A stretch of 56,171 nt of DNA. Source: Chiloscyllium plagiosum (taxonomy: Eukaryota). The stretch lies in assembly GCF_004010195.1 (NCBI RefSeq), contig NC_057718.1, forward strand, positions 57,802,042 through 57,858,212, written 5' to 3'. The notes beneath the pieces were generated by a model, which was not told the DNA's origin, did not search any database, and saw only the letters and a program-made list of their open reading frames with translations. The translations under genes were made by a program, and so were the position numbers. Shown here in pieces: positions 24,955 to 36,350 of the stretch; position 1 is the stretch's first letter, and each line of letters starts with the position of its first letter.

Positions 24955-25292
24955 AATTCACTCTTGGATGTGGGCATCACTGTATGGGTCAGCATTAGTT
25001 GATTTTTGACAGAATTGAATGGCTTGAGAGGCTATTTCAGAGAACAGTTAACAGACAACCACACTGCTGCGGTCTGGAGTCACACGTCAGCCAGATTAGG
25101 TAAGGATTGCCATTTCCTTCCTTAAACTACATTCATCAGCAGATGTGTCATGTGACTTCTTAAATGCTCTTAATTTCAGTTCATTTGAATTCCACCATCT
25201 GTTGTGGTGGGGTTTGAACCCAGGTCCTCAGAACATGAGCTGGATTCCTAGATTATTAGCTGATTGACAATATTGCTAGGCCATTGCCTCCC
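24955..25292 (-). mobile_element. tRNA-derived SINE (same family as 1688-1990)
   Basis: Minus strand gaggcaatggcctagc (A-box-like)...cctgggttcaaaccc (B box); ggtctggagtcacacgt is the complement of the shared core. Confidence 0.7.
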
Positions 25293-25879
25293 CCAACATA
25301 TACATTGTACATTAAAAAGAGGAACCTGAAACAGTTGTTCATCTCTCTGTTAACTATCTTTTAGCCAATGTCATTTCCATACAGCCTTTGTTCCTTTAAT
25401 TTCATGGGCTTCAATTTTATTAACAAGCCTATTGTATGGCACTTTATAAGTCCATTTGCACAAAATTAGCTGCACTGTCTTCATCAGTCTGCTCCAGTAT
25501 TTTATTGAAATAGTCAATCTGGCTCAACAAATATGCAGTCTATTTTTTATATTTTTCCAAGTGACAATTCATTCTGTCTCAGAGCATTGTTTTTCTGGAA
25601 GCTTCTCCACCACGGACTGGCCAATAATTACCTGGTCTACCTTGCTGTGTTTTTGATGATGAATTTTTTTATTAAAGCTATAGTACATGTTTCTCTAGGT
25701 CTCAGATACAGTATTTATCAGAATTTGTTTGTTACTTAGTTTGGTACAATAGCAAATTGCTGTACCAACAACTTATGCTGTGCCTAGAAACTAAAACACC
25801 ATAGCATGTAATTCTAAAATTAATGAAATAATATTTCTCCTTCAGAAATCTCCACAGCAGTATTTATTATCAAATTGCT

Positions 25880-26860
25880 TTACTGTCTGAGTAATTTATC
25901 CACATTCTTCCCATGAACTGGATCTAAATGGCAAAAGGAGATGCTGTATGATTAAACTTGAGTTTTTTTTTATAGATACCACTAAAGCTATTACAGTGAT
26001 TTAAATTTGAACTATATTACCATGCAATTGACTACAATTCTATTGGGTTCAGATAAAATTGCTGACCTTTTCAATGTTCATTTTGCCACATCTTGCTAAG
26101 CAATCAATGCAAGCCTCATCATTTTTAAAGTTTTATGGCGTTGATCCCATAAAGTCACAAATACGGGCGACTGGCCTCTTGTTACGGTTAAATTCTACTT
26201 CATTAGCTGCACTGTAATAGCATACGTTCAATCGAGTTAATAAAAATCTTTAGAAACTGTGAGTAGATGCATGCTATTTTCAAACTGTTAATACAGCAGT
26301 AGCTTACCTCTCAAAACAAATTAGCTCTTGGTGCCACTCACATCTTCAATCAAGAACGTCATTTGTATTAAAAAAGAATACACAAGGCTTTGGGTTACTT
26401 TACACATGTCGTGTTTGCCCTCAGATGGTACTAGCACCAGTCTCACTTCTTCAGTTCACTGTAGTCGAGGTTTCAGGGCCATGCAGTCTCAATATCTGCC
26501 CATTGCAAGGTCAGTACCTCCTTTTAACCTGACATTCCCTTCCTGTCTCACTTTATTGGTCCAATAAATTAGAAAAGTCTGTTTTAATAGCTTCACTTCT
26601 TAATTTGGCTGCTTAACTGAATTTTAAAAATAGAACAATATTAAATTTCAGGGCTCTTCCTAACCTCTTAAAAAGCAGATAATGATCCAATCAGTGTCTT
26701 AGTCCATTGCACGGTAATTTGTATTACCATTTAGCCCAGAGACTCCACTTTGACGTCGGATAGATTCTTGCAACTTTTATTATCAGAACTGAAATACACT
26801 ATGATTTACCCAGCTGTTTTCTTTCCCAACGGTGAGTGGCTTATGCATAGTGTCTCTCTT
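25880..26860. promoter_or_regulatory. Candidate conserved non-coding element / enhancer
   Basis: No recognisable transposon; inverted TTTATGG (26132) and CCATAAA (26147) pair, CAATCAA (26101), CCAATAAA (26561); several retained CpGs. Conservation untested. Confidence 0.35.
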
Positions 26861-28247
26861 GTGTTCCATAGAATTGTAATCTTCAAGGCCCCCGTTTGAT
26901 GTCCAAATTTCCCAGCTTAGAACCAGCTGTTATTTTCAATGTTAATTATAGATTGGACAAACATTTTCCTTATCTAACGTTAAAAACAAAGCCAACTAAT
27001 TCAAAATATGCCCAGATTAGATTGATTACCCACAACCTCCAGCATGTAAAACACACACATACACACACAGTCATGTACTTTGGTGCACATTGGAAAAGGA
27101 AAAGTGTTCTATCTACAGTTTGTTTTCCAACTATTTTCTCCAGTTGCCCTCTGAATTATATCTTTAATCGGTACAATTTGAAATAGAAGTGATTCCATTA
27201 ACCCGTGGTTTATGTATCTTTCCTGTAAAATTTCAGAACAGCCTTTCTCAAAGGAATGTAGCCTCCTAGTAGACAGGGAGCAGGTGAAGCAGGGGCTTGA
27301 TCTGTTTCAGCTTTGGACAATGTCATTTTTAAACACAAGGAAGTTGAAGCACAATTTTGTGGTAAGGTTTACATATGTTCAGCCTGTAATGCTAAATAAC
27401 TGAACATTATAACAATATGAATGTTCAAATTTAAAGCAGCAGAAATTAGGAATAACTGCACATTTAGCGGCTTAAGAGAAATCTCAGCAACCACCAGCAA
27501 AGATGTCCAGCATTTCCCTTGCACACATCCTGTCTGATCAACACCGTTATTTCTCATTTATATGGTCTGTGATGGTGTCTTGTTCAAGTGCAGGTATTGA
27601 TTTTTGGTGCCAAAATGTAACATGTTCTGAGAGTAAACAATACTCAGGGCATACGAATTGCACTGTGAAGGGAGAAGGTGACACATTAAGGTCCATCCAA
27701 TAATCTTGCACTCTGTGGTTGTATTTGTTCACTTAGACCATGGCTCCCTGCTAGCTTACCAAGTCTCTTTCCAACTATTTCTTGTTGGAATTTTGTTTTT
27801 CAGTCTCTTGCACATCTTTTTCAGATATAGTTTGACATTGTTTATCATGATGACAGTTCACCTTCTTGTTATTGCTCTTATAGTTGCACAGATCCTCGGG
27901 GACTTATTTGTATTAATACATTAATGCTGAGGTCTGTTTGGTGTTTGTCAGCTAGAATGTATAAATTATTTGCTCTTGCAAGAAAGACATGATTTACAAT
28001 TTTTTTTTTTGCTGTCCATTTAAAATATCACAGCAATACAACTTGTTGTGCATTTTGGGTATGTAGCAGCATTGGAAAGAAAAAGTGAATATTGCTTTAG
28101 GATACACAATATATTTGTAAGGAGTAATCATTCAGAAACACTGGAAATTCTGTGAAGTACAGAAAAATATTAATGCCCAGGGCAGTAATTAAGCTAGATG
28201 CAATTTTGAGATTACACAGGACACATGAATTGATAATCTCCAGTGTT

Positions 28248-28338
28248 AGGAGACAGTGAGGTCTGCAGACGCTGGAGATCAGAGCTAAGAGTGTGTTGCT
28301 GGAAAAGCACAGCAGGTCAGGCAGCATCCCAGTCCTGA
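28248..28338 (-). mobile_element. Short PLE terminus
   Basis: gtgaggtctgcagacgctggagatcagagc...ggaaaagcacagcaggtcaggcagcatcc matches 47773-47846; ccagtgtt flanks both sides (28240, 28339). Confidence 0.85.
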
Positions 28339-28684
28339 CCAGTGTTGTGCTGAGATTACAGAACAGCCAGTCAAGCTGATTGATTGACAGCTCTTGGAGG
28401 TGGGATATGCTTCTTAGTGAGGACTACAAGAGCTACCCCAGCCAATTAACACTCTCCCAAGCACAAATTAGCTGAGCAGCTGCTGCAATCAATAGGATTG
28501 CATTCTCCATTGACTATGGGGAGGCAGATCACAAACGTCATGACCTGAATAATCCTATTCATTCTGATTTGTAGTGATTGTAATAATGTCACTAAATGGA
28601 CCTCATAGAATATGAATTCTCTGATTGGGGCTGTTAACCTGGCCCAATCAGGGAGTCCTGGCTCATAGATAGAAGCAAAAGAGT

Positions 28685-28870
28685 TGCCTGCCCCTCTTCC
28701 GCGGTTACGTTAGGTCCCGGGAGAGGTGGGCGCCGCAGGGATTGGAGTCTTTCACTGTGTCTCACACCTGCACACACACAACATGGGTGCTGGGGAAAAA
28801 ATAAGCACTACCGCACTTAGGTGGTAGTGTGGGGGTTAAATTTAAAAAAAAAGAAAAAAGAAAAAATATA
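28685..28870 (+). mobile_element. Internally deleted mini-copy of the Tx1-like LINE 3' end
   Basis: Three blocks match 29286-29322, 29373-29403 and 29574-29639; A-rich tail. Confidence 0.85.
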
Positions 28871-28919
28871 TATAGCTAGGAGATAAAAAAAACAAAAAAA
28901 AAATATATAAACAGGAGAT

Positions 28920-29665
28920 TGCTCTCTACGCGGGAGTCCCCCCCCTTTCTCTCGGGGATCTGGGGTGGAGGGTGCTGCATGCAGCAGTCTCCTGCAACCG
29001 CAGATTGCGGTGGTTCACGGACTCCCAGCTCAACTGCTTGTTCTGTGGCGCTGTGGAGTCCGTGGACCATGTATATATTGGGTGTGGGTGTTTGCACTCC
29101 CTTTTTGATTTTCTGAAAAACCTCCTCCTCTGCTTTTGGTTGCACTTCAGTCCCACGCTCCTGATCCCGGTACGGAGGAAGGAGGGCAGGTCTGAAGACC
29201 TCCTCGTGGGTCTGCTCTGGGCCTGGCCAAACTGGCCATCAACAGGTCGAGGCAGCGGGCCGTGGAGGGGGTCGTTAGGGCCGACTGCCTGCCCCTCTTC
29301 CGCGGTTACGTTAGGGCCCGGGTGTCCTTGGAGAAGGAGCATGCAGTGTCGACCAACACCCTGGAGTTGTTCAGGGAGAGGTGGGCGCCGCAGGGATTGG
29401 AGTGCATTATTTCCCCCTCCAACTCTATTTTGATTTAGTCCCTACCCTCCCCTTCACTGTTTTGATCACACAGCACTGCCCTTTGATGTGAAGGGCAGTG
29501 TTTGTCACTGGCCACCCGGGTGTTTTCCTATCTTCCTGGTGGTGGAATTTGAATAAAGATTCGTGCACTTTGTGTCTTTCACTGTGTCTCACACGTATAC
29601 ACACACACCATTGTTGCTGGGGAAAAAATAAGCACTACCCAGAGAAAAAAGAAAGAAGAAAAAAG
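28920..29665 (+). mobile_element. 5'-truncated Tx1-clade LINE (ORF2 zinc-finger C-terminus and 3' UTR)
   Basis: LGDLGWRVLHAAVSCN...CLFCGAVESVDHVYIGC (ORF 28972); GC- and CpG-rich; aataaa at 29553; A-rich tail at 29641-29664. Confidence 0.85.
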
Positions 29666-29696
29666 GAAACAGAAGAGTCAGAGGTTCTGTTCTCCT

Positions 29697-31588
29697 TAAG
29701 TAGGTTCAGCAGGGGTTTGTGGACCATTATTATGACAAACTTACAACTGTAAAGGTATTGGAACTTCCTGACTCTGAATATGACCACCAAATCTTCTTTC
29801 TCCGTCTGCACATAATTTTGCTCTGCAGTAGCCATTGTCCTGGACGCGTACTCTATTGGCTGTTCCTCTCCATTGGGCTATCAATTAGCTAATACTACCC
29901 CAATGCTGCATGGGGAGGTGTGTCAATATCAGATCTCATTTAGGATGATAGTGTGTGAACACCTTAGAGGTTGACAGCTGCTTCTTCACATCCCTGAAAG
30001 CTATGGCTTGGCTACTCAACCATTTCTCAGGCTAATCCTTTTTAAGAGTTAATGCAAAGGTGACAGGATGGAGACCAGCTTATGTATGAATTTTCCTTAT
30101 TAATTTACCAGCTCAAGGAAAGACCTAAAGTTCTAGTGCAGACGTGAGATTCAGGGTAATTTGATTGCGCTCACTTTATCTTCCAGCAGGTGTAACCCGT
30201 TGTTGACTCTGTCGCACAAGTAGGTCACTTAGGGTGCCTGAAACACACATTTTTCCCTTCTAATGCTTACAAGTGTCTGGGAGAATCAGCTAAGGACTAT
30301 GTCAAAGTTCTCTAAGTGCTCCTTATTGGTCTTCTTTGTTATTAGCACATCATCTAGATAAATGATGACCGGGGGTAGACTTTGTACAATGTTCTCTGTT
30401 GTCCACTGAAAAATTTCACAAGCTGATGATACCCCAAATGGCGCTCATTTTTATTGGTACAAACTCTTAGGGGTATTGATTGTAGCATATTTCTGGTAAT
30501 CCTCAAATAACTGCATGCCTCTTTGCTAAGGGCAGCACCCCTGCTAGCTTTGCTTTTAAACAAGGGATTGGGTATTTATCTAGCTGCAAAAAGCACTTTG
30601 CTGTCTGTTTAAAACACCCACAAAAGTGAACCAAACCATCAGGCTTCACAATTGATATAACTGGTGTTGCCCATTCTGCAAACTGGATTGGGTTGATAAT
30701 TCCTTCCCTTTTTAGGTTTCTGATTTCTGTCTCTACTTTTTCCCATAAGGTGAATGACACTGGGCAGACCTTGCAAAATCATGAAATTGCTTCCTGCAAT
30801 TCAATATGCAAGATGGTCAAGGTTCTCTTGATAGTCCCGAGACCTTCCTGAAAACTTCCAGGTATTTAATTAGGACTTCATTCAGGCAGTCATTCTCTAA
30901 CTGAAAAACACGGAGCCAATCTAGGTGAATCTTTCTCAACCAATTTTGCCTCATCAAGCCTGTGTCGAGCCTTTTCCTACAATCAGTGGTAACTGAACCA
31001 GCTGCTTCTCATAAAAGACCAGAAGCAAAGGCGTACCCTTCATTTGTAAAGCTTCCCTGGTATAGGTTCTCAGTTTGGCTGAGGTCTTACGCAAACTGCA
31101 CGGTTGGAGTCCAGAGATAATTTTTTAAAAGACCGCTTCTGTGATCACTAAAATGGCTGTGAAGGTATCGACCTCCATTAGAACTGGGTGACCATTTAAC
31201 CAGATGTTTATTTTGATTGGTCCTAATTTGGATGTTGCTAGGCAATTTAACTGATCCAAACCAGACGTAGGTGGACTTTCCAGGATGTGCACTCTCTTCG
31301 ATACTGGCCTATGAATTCTGGTACTCAATTTAGACCTTGTGGGATTCTTTTGCTGCCTCGAGTCCGCATATCAGCAGCAACTACAATGGCTTGCTGGGCT
31401 GGATCCTGAAGAAAGTTTTAACCCTTTGGCCAAGGCTTGGCTTTGTTTTGGGATCTTGATGTGGGCTGACTTCGAGTCCCTCTGTTCAGGATATGCCCTG
31501 ACTGATGCTAAGTAACTGCCTTCATTCAAATGGTGTTTCCCAAGTTGAGTTAGACTGGTGAGGGTGTCCACTTGCATTGAAGTACCCT
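29697..31588 (-). mobile_element. Gypsy internal region (gag end, protease, RT, RNase H), disrupted
   Basis: LNGHPVLMEVDTFTA (protease, ORF 31125); EWATPVISIVKPDG..DKYPIP (RT, ORF 30503); AEQNYVQTEKEDLVVIF..HKPL (RNase H, ORF 29635). Confidence 0.92.
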
Positions 31589-32076
31589 GCAAACTCTCAA
31601 ATGGTGCGGGAGCAGAACATGCCCAGGCCCTTGATTACTTTCTGACTGTTACGGAACCCTTGCATGCTCCCTTGCCATCAAGCATTGAAGAAACTTTAGA
31701 ATCTGAGATGAACACAGCAGATGTCGCTGCCTCAACGCCTTTGCTGCCAGAAGAGGAGAATCAATTTCTTTCGAGATGGTCCCGATGCAAGAGGCAAGCT
31801 ATTGTGTGTTACGCGCAACCCATATCAGTGGCAGAGTTACAAAAGCAAAAAAACCAGCCTATGTCCTCGTTCTCTGGGGTGGAGCGATATAGTGATTGTT
31901 ACAAAGTTAGTCTGATTAAGAAAAAAGCCCCTATCAGGGAGCCATGGCTGACAGAGAATAACAGGAGTGTCAGAGGTTCTGTTCATTCTAAGCACTGGAT
32001 CAGCGTCAAGGACTCTGCACAGGTTAATAAAGGGTGACTTGGTGATGAGGTTATTGGCCTCTGTGGAGTTATTTCA
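31589..32076 (+). mobile_element. Gypsy pol C-terminal tail, polypurine tract and right LTR (31888-32076)
   Basis: LSRWSRCKRQ resembles the LRRSxR tail; ggggtggagcga precedes tatagtgattgt; aataaa at 32026; ends ttattTCA. Confidence 0.7.
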
Positions 32077-32144
32077 TGGCTATTTGCCTGGATCTGAAAA
32101 TATTCAAATAACAAGTGGATAATGAAACTTCACTCATTGTTTTT

Positions 32145-32262
32145 CCTGACTTCACCTGACGAAGGAGCAGCACTCCGAAGGCTTGTGATTTCAAATAAAC
32201 CGTTTGGATTATAACCTTACTTCTGACTTTGTCCACCCCAGTCCAACACCGGCACTTCAATG
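32145..32262 (+). mobile_element. PLE terminus (second family)
   Basis: cacctgacgaaggagcagcactccgaaggcttgtgatttcaaataaacc...ccacccagtccaacaccggc-like tail; homologous to 11351-11470 and 36236-36350. Confidence 0.75.
32152..32188 (+). ncRNA. Minimal hammerhead ribozyme-like motif (GAAA mutated to GAAG)
   Basis: UCAC-CUGACGA-A-GGAG cagca CUCC-GAAG-GCUU-GUGA; helix I (UCAC/GUGA) and helix II (GGAG/CUCC) are intact. Confidence 0.6.
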
Positions 32263-33179
32263 TGGATATTGTCACAAATGAAATCAGGCAGAATAATGTA
32301 CCAAATGCAACACAAAGCAGATGTTATTTTCTTGGCAGGGGTTATTCAGGTTTTCCACCCTGTCACCTGAAATACATATTGGGGCTTATATCACCATTGG
32401 TCACAGCAGTCCCGAAGTCAATCTGTCCAAGGAGCATTAATTAGCTGGAGATGGGACTTCATTATTCAGGACAGAATCTAATGGGCCTCTGTAATCCCAA
32501 TCGAGCCAATAATATCAGTGGAACAACATTTGGTTCTCAGACCATTTGTCTTGAAATCCAGGACTTGATGGATGTGATGCCTCCATTGTGCCTGGGGCTT
32601 GAGCCGAAAAATCTGACAGGGATAATCCCTACCTCAGAATGCTTCCCACCTGCCTCACACTTGAAGCCAGGAGGGAAGCAGCCCTTGGCCATTTAACAGC
32701 CTCAATTCCCTACTCCTGTCAGATTGGAACAGGGAGAGGTTTTGGGAAAACCACAGTGGGGCGTTTGCAGGCCCCAGCCTGCAAACACATTGATGGGGAA
32801 GTGTAATCTCACTTCCAAGAACATTTGCAGACATAGAGTTAAGTAGAACAGCTTAATGTGTCCAGAATGCCTCGGACCAGAGAGAATCACATACCTAAAA
32901 ACAATACTGTTTTTGTTCACACATTGACTAAAATGGAAGATAATCAAAACTGAATCATAGCAAGTCCATTTGACTTTCTGTGTCTGTGCTGTTCTTTGCT
33001 TCAGGGGCCATATTTAGTCCCACATTTCAACTATTTTTGTGTAACCTTGTAAGTTCCTCTTGTCAAATGTCCATTGAAACTTATTCATAGGATAAGCATC
33101 CATGGCCTTTTCAGGACATTCCAGATCCCTGATAATTCTTTGAGTTGAAAGAAATCTGTTCTCATTTTCAGTAGTTCTT

Positions 33180-34650
33180 TTCTAGTAGTTTTGACTCTCT
33201 TCTAGGGAAGATACCTCTCCAGAGACCTCCTCTGAGAGTGATGCAAATATCTCACTAGCTCTACCTATGAACTTTGTTTGGATCAACAAAACCCAGTGGT
33301 CACTGGCCACTTCATTTGTTCAGCCACTTTCTCAAATAAAATGATTGAGGCTTCTAGATCCTTGCATTTATCAATGCTTGGACATGTTTAAACAGAACCC
33401 CACTAGGCCTTCGGCTATGAAGGATTTGCTCATCATCACTACTCTCCTCACAAAGCCTGCCTTCTACCTTCATCTCCATCCATTTAAATCAACTTTCCTC
33501 TCCAATTTCCAACTTCTGACATGCAAACTCTCTCTTTTCTGCTTTTCTTTTCTCTCTTTCTTCTGCTGGGGCCTCCCTCTCCTTTTTCCTCTGCTTTTGA
33601 TTGTAATTCAAACTGCTTCATTTCCTTATTCATGTTCTAACTGCTTCATCTGCAATTAAATTTTAGCCATTTCCGAAGATTCCAATGGCATCTCCAATTA
33701 TTTTAAACATTGAGCTATTGTTCCAATTGCTTCTCCTTTTCTTGCAGCCACAGGCAACTTCAACTCCAGCTTGTCTGCCAATTCCAACAGCTTTGCCTTG
33801 CTCACTTTTGTATAATTCCCAAAGTCACTTCTTCTACACCCAGAAAACTCTTAGCGACTGACAGAGCCATTATTACACCCTGTTTAAACCAACCAAATTC
33901 AACACCTGAAACAAAAGACACCAACACACACCATTCCCCACCTTTGAATCTAACAATCCTGAATCCAATTTTGAATCATAAATTTTGATCCCGACATAGA
34001 CTCCAATTTGTTATGGATCAGACCAGACTCTCCTTAAATATTTTAACAAGGTAGCCTAAACCCTAATTTTTTCTTATTTTAAAGGTAGATGTGAAGTGTG
34101 GTGTTCCAGTTGTGATGTGACTGATCAAACTACTCGATGTTAAGCAAAACACAATTTATTTAAACACTATAGTTAAAATACAAACAAAAGAACAAGGAAT
34201 TTAGAATGACTTAACTATTGGAAACTTTAACAAAATAATAGATACAGTAGCTATTGCTAATTAACTGTTCAATATAGTAACATCCCATAAACACACCCCT
34301 TGGCAAAAATGGCAAATTTAGACACAGATTCTTACATGCGATTTTCCAATCCAGGAGGAAAAAGCATCAAGAGAAAGTTCAGAGAGAATAGCAGCTAGGA
34401 ATCCTTCCCTAAAGCTTCCAACTCTTTTTAGACTCCAAAGGCTTCTGATGCTACTGAAAGAACCAAAACTCAGAAATCTGGATTGGTGACAGCTGGCCAC
34501 ACCCATTCAGGCTGCTGCTTTTGTTCCAACTTCTAAAAGAAAACAAGGCCTCATAAGCTGCTCACTTAAGTTCAGTTCAGTAGCCAGTTCATTTTCTCTG
34601 CCTTATAACCTCACTTCAAAAAAATCTTTTAAAATGAGAACATCATCACA
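33180..34650 (-). mobile_element. Gypsy 5' LTR (34009-34650), decayed primer-binding site and gag start
   Basis: TG...CA-bounded block; adjacent minus-strand tggagtctatgtcgggat matches the tRNA-Pro primer site TGGGGGCTCGTCCGGGAT at 12/18; downstream ELADKLELKL..LQMKQLE coiled-coil gag-like text. Confidence 0.6.
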
Positions 34651-35221
34651 GTATGGTAATCTTGAATAGGCTGATAATGAAATAAAATTATCAATTGTTG
34701 AAGTTGTCTCTAGTCTCGTGAAAAAAAATTCAAATAGATAGAATGCTATCAGAACTGTTGCATCTAGCAAAATTAGAGTTGGCGTTAACTCCAGTGATGA
34801 TTATTTTTGATGTGCAAAAGAACTATCATTGAAGCATCAACAACAATAATCTCCCAGACAGAGCTGCGACTTGTCCAAACAATGTTTCCAGTGTTTCCCC
34901 ACAATAAACAGAGTATCCTGCTGCAGGGAAATAGTGCAAAATCCGTAGTAAACCTAACAACTTTGCTCATGTCTATTCTTCATTAGCATTGAGGCAGCTG
35001 AATGTGAAAATAACTTCCGTGCTGTCCTTTAGACATAGCAAACAGCCATGTGTGACGTTGGCCATAGGCTGCCCAGATATAGATGCTCACATAGATTCAG
35101 GTGCATGTTAATGAATTTGGAGCTAAAACATAAAGGAACTTCAGGATTGCCCCATTCTCTTAAAATCTAGGGATAAGTAAACTTTTTCATATAACATAAT
35201 AAAACACTGAAAATTCTCAAT

Positions 35222-35555
35222 CTTAGAGTAATAGAGTCATTGAGATGTACAGCATGGAAACAGACCCCTCGGTCCAACCTATCCATGCCGACAGATATTC
35301 CAACCCAATCTAGTCCCACCTGCCAGCACCTGGTCCATATCCCTCCAAACCCTTCNNNNNNNNNNNNNNNNNNNNNNNNNNNNNNNNNNNNNNNNNNNNN
35401 NNNNNNNNNNNNNNNNNNNNNNNNNNNNNNNNNNNNNNNNNNNNNNNNNNNNNNNNNNNNNNNNNNNNNNNNNGCAACATGACCTCCCAACTCCTGTACT
35501 CAATACTCTGACCAATAAAGGAAAGCATACCAAATGCCTTCTTCACTATCCTATC
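35222..35555 (-). mobile_element. Young CR1 (HER1-like) 3' end spanning an assembly gap (N 35356-35473)
   Basis: KKAFGMLSFIGQSIEYRSWEVML before the gap and KGLEGYGPGAGRWD after; tail homologous to 47451-47580. Confidence 0.9.
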
Positions 35556-36235
35556 TTGTTGAAATGCAACTCACATTCAAAGACACAAGAACTTCCTCTG
35601 GCAGCTCATTCCATGTGACTTGCTTATCAATTTCTACACAACCACATAAATGCCCATGATTGTGGTTATGTACAAAATATCCACCCATATCATTCTCAAG
35701 AAAGCATGTTATTCACTTCATCGTTATTGGCAATCTGAAAGGTGTTCCAAACAAGCTGCATTTAGAGTCCAATATGCCCCCAATTGTGCATCACTAACAA
35801 TGGATACTGTTTCATGTTAGGGAGCAAATGAAAAGAAATTTCAACCTCCACTTGATCTTGACGTTATTTGAAAGTTAGCAATGGAAGTTGGGACTCAGCT
35901 ATACAAGTTGCCAAGAAACCCAAAAGTGAGAACCAAAATGGAACAGTGTTGACATGCAGTAATGGTAACTGATTGGAAAGGTACAGTGTAGGATCAATAC
36001 TGACACACAGTGACTTTACTTCCTACTAAATAATACATAGCTATAATTTTTCTTAAAATAAATGATAATCAAAGTACTGAGGATCGGGGTATAATTTTAT
36101 CTTGAGGTGGAAGTGATCACAAGAAACTACAGCAAGTGTAAATAATTGGCCCCTCAATGTGTTCTGTCATTTAAAAATGTGATGGTTGATCTCATTTCCT
36201 CATAACCTTTGGCCTTTTTGTTGTATGAATGTCTG

Positions 36236-36350
36236 TGATGTGGAGGTTGGACTGAGAGGATAAAGTCAGAAGTCACATGACACCAGATGAAAGTCTAACA
36301 AGTTTATTTGAAATCACAACCTTTCAGAGCGCGTTTCCTTCGTCACTTCA
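36236..36350 (-). mobile_element. PLE terminus (second family), decayed
   Basis: Reverse complement gtgacgaaggaaacgcgctctgaaaggttgtgatttcaaataaact matches the 32156 family. Confidence 0.65.

Larger units (their letters stand above)
28570..29692 (+). mobile_element. Left LTR of a Gypsy element, interrupted by Tx1 insertions and truncated
   Basis: tgtagtgattgt...atcagggagtcctggct (28570-28684) and aacagaagagtcagaggttctgttc (29668-29692) align colinearly with the right LTR at 31888-31984. Confidence 0.75.

Noticed and set aside
28685..29410. CpG island or promoter
   Set aside because: The GC/CpG richness is fully explained by the young Tx1-like LINE.
31558..32037. 159-aa ORF as a novel gene
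   Set aside because: It crosses an inversion breakpoint and runs from the Gypsy pol tail into the LTR.
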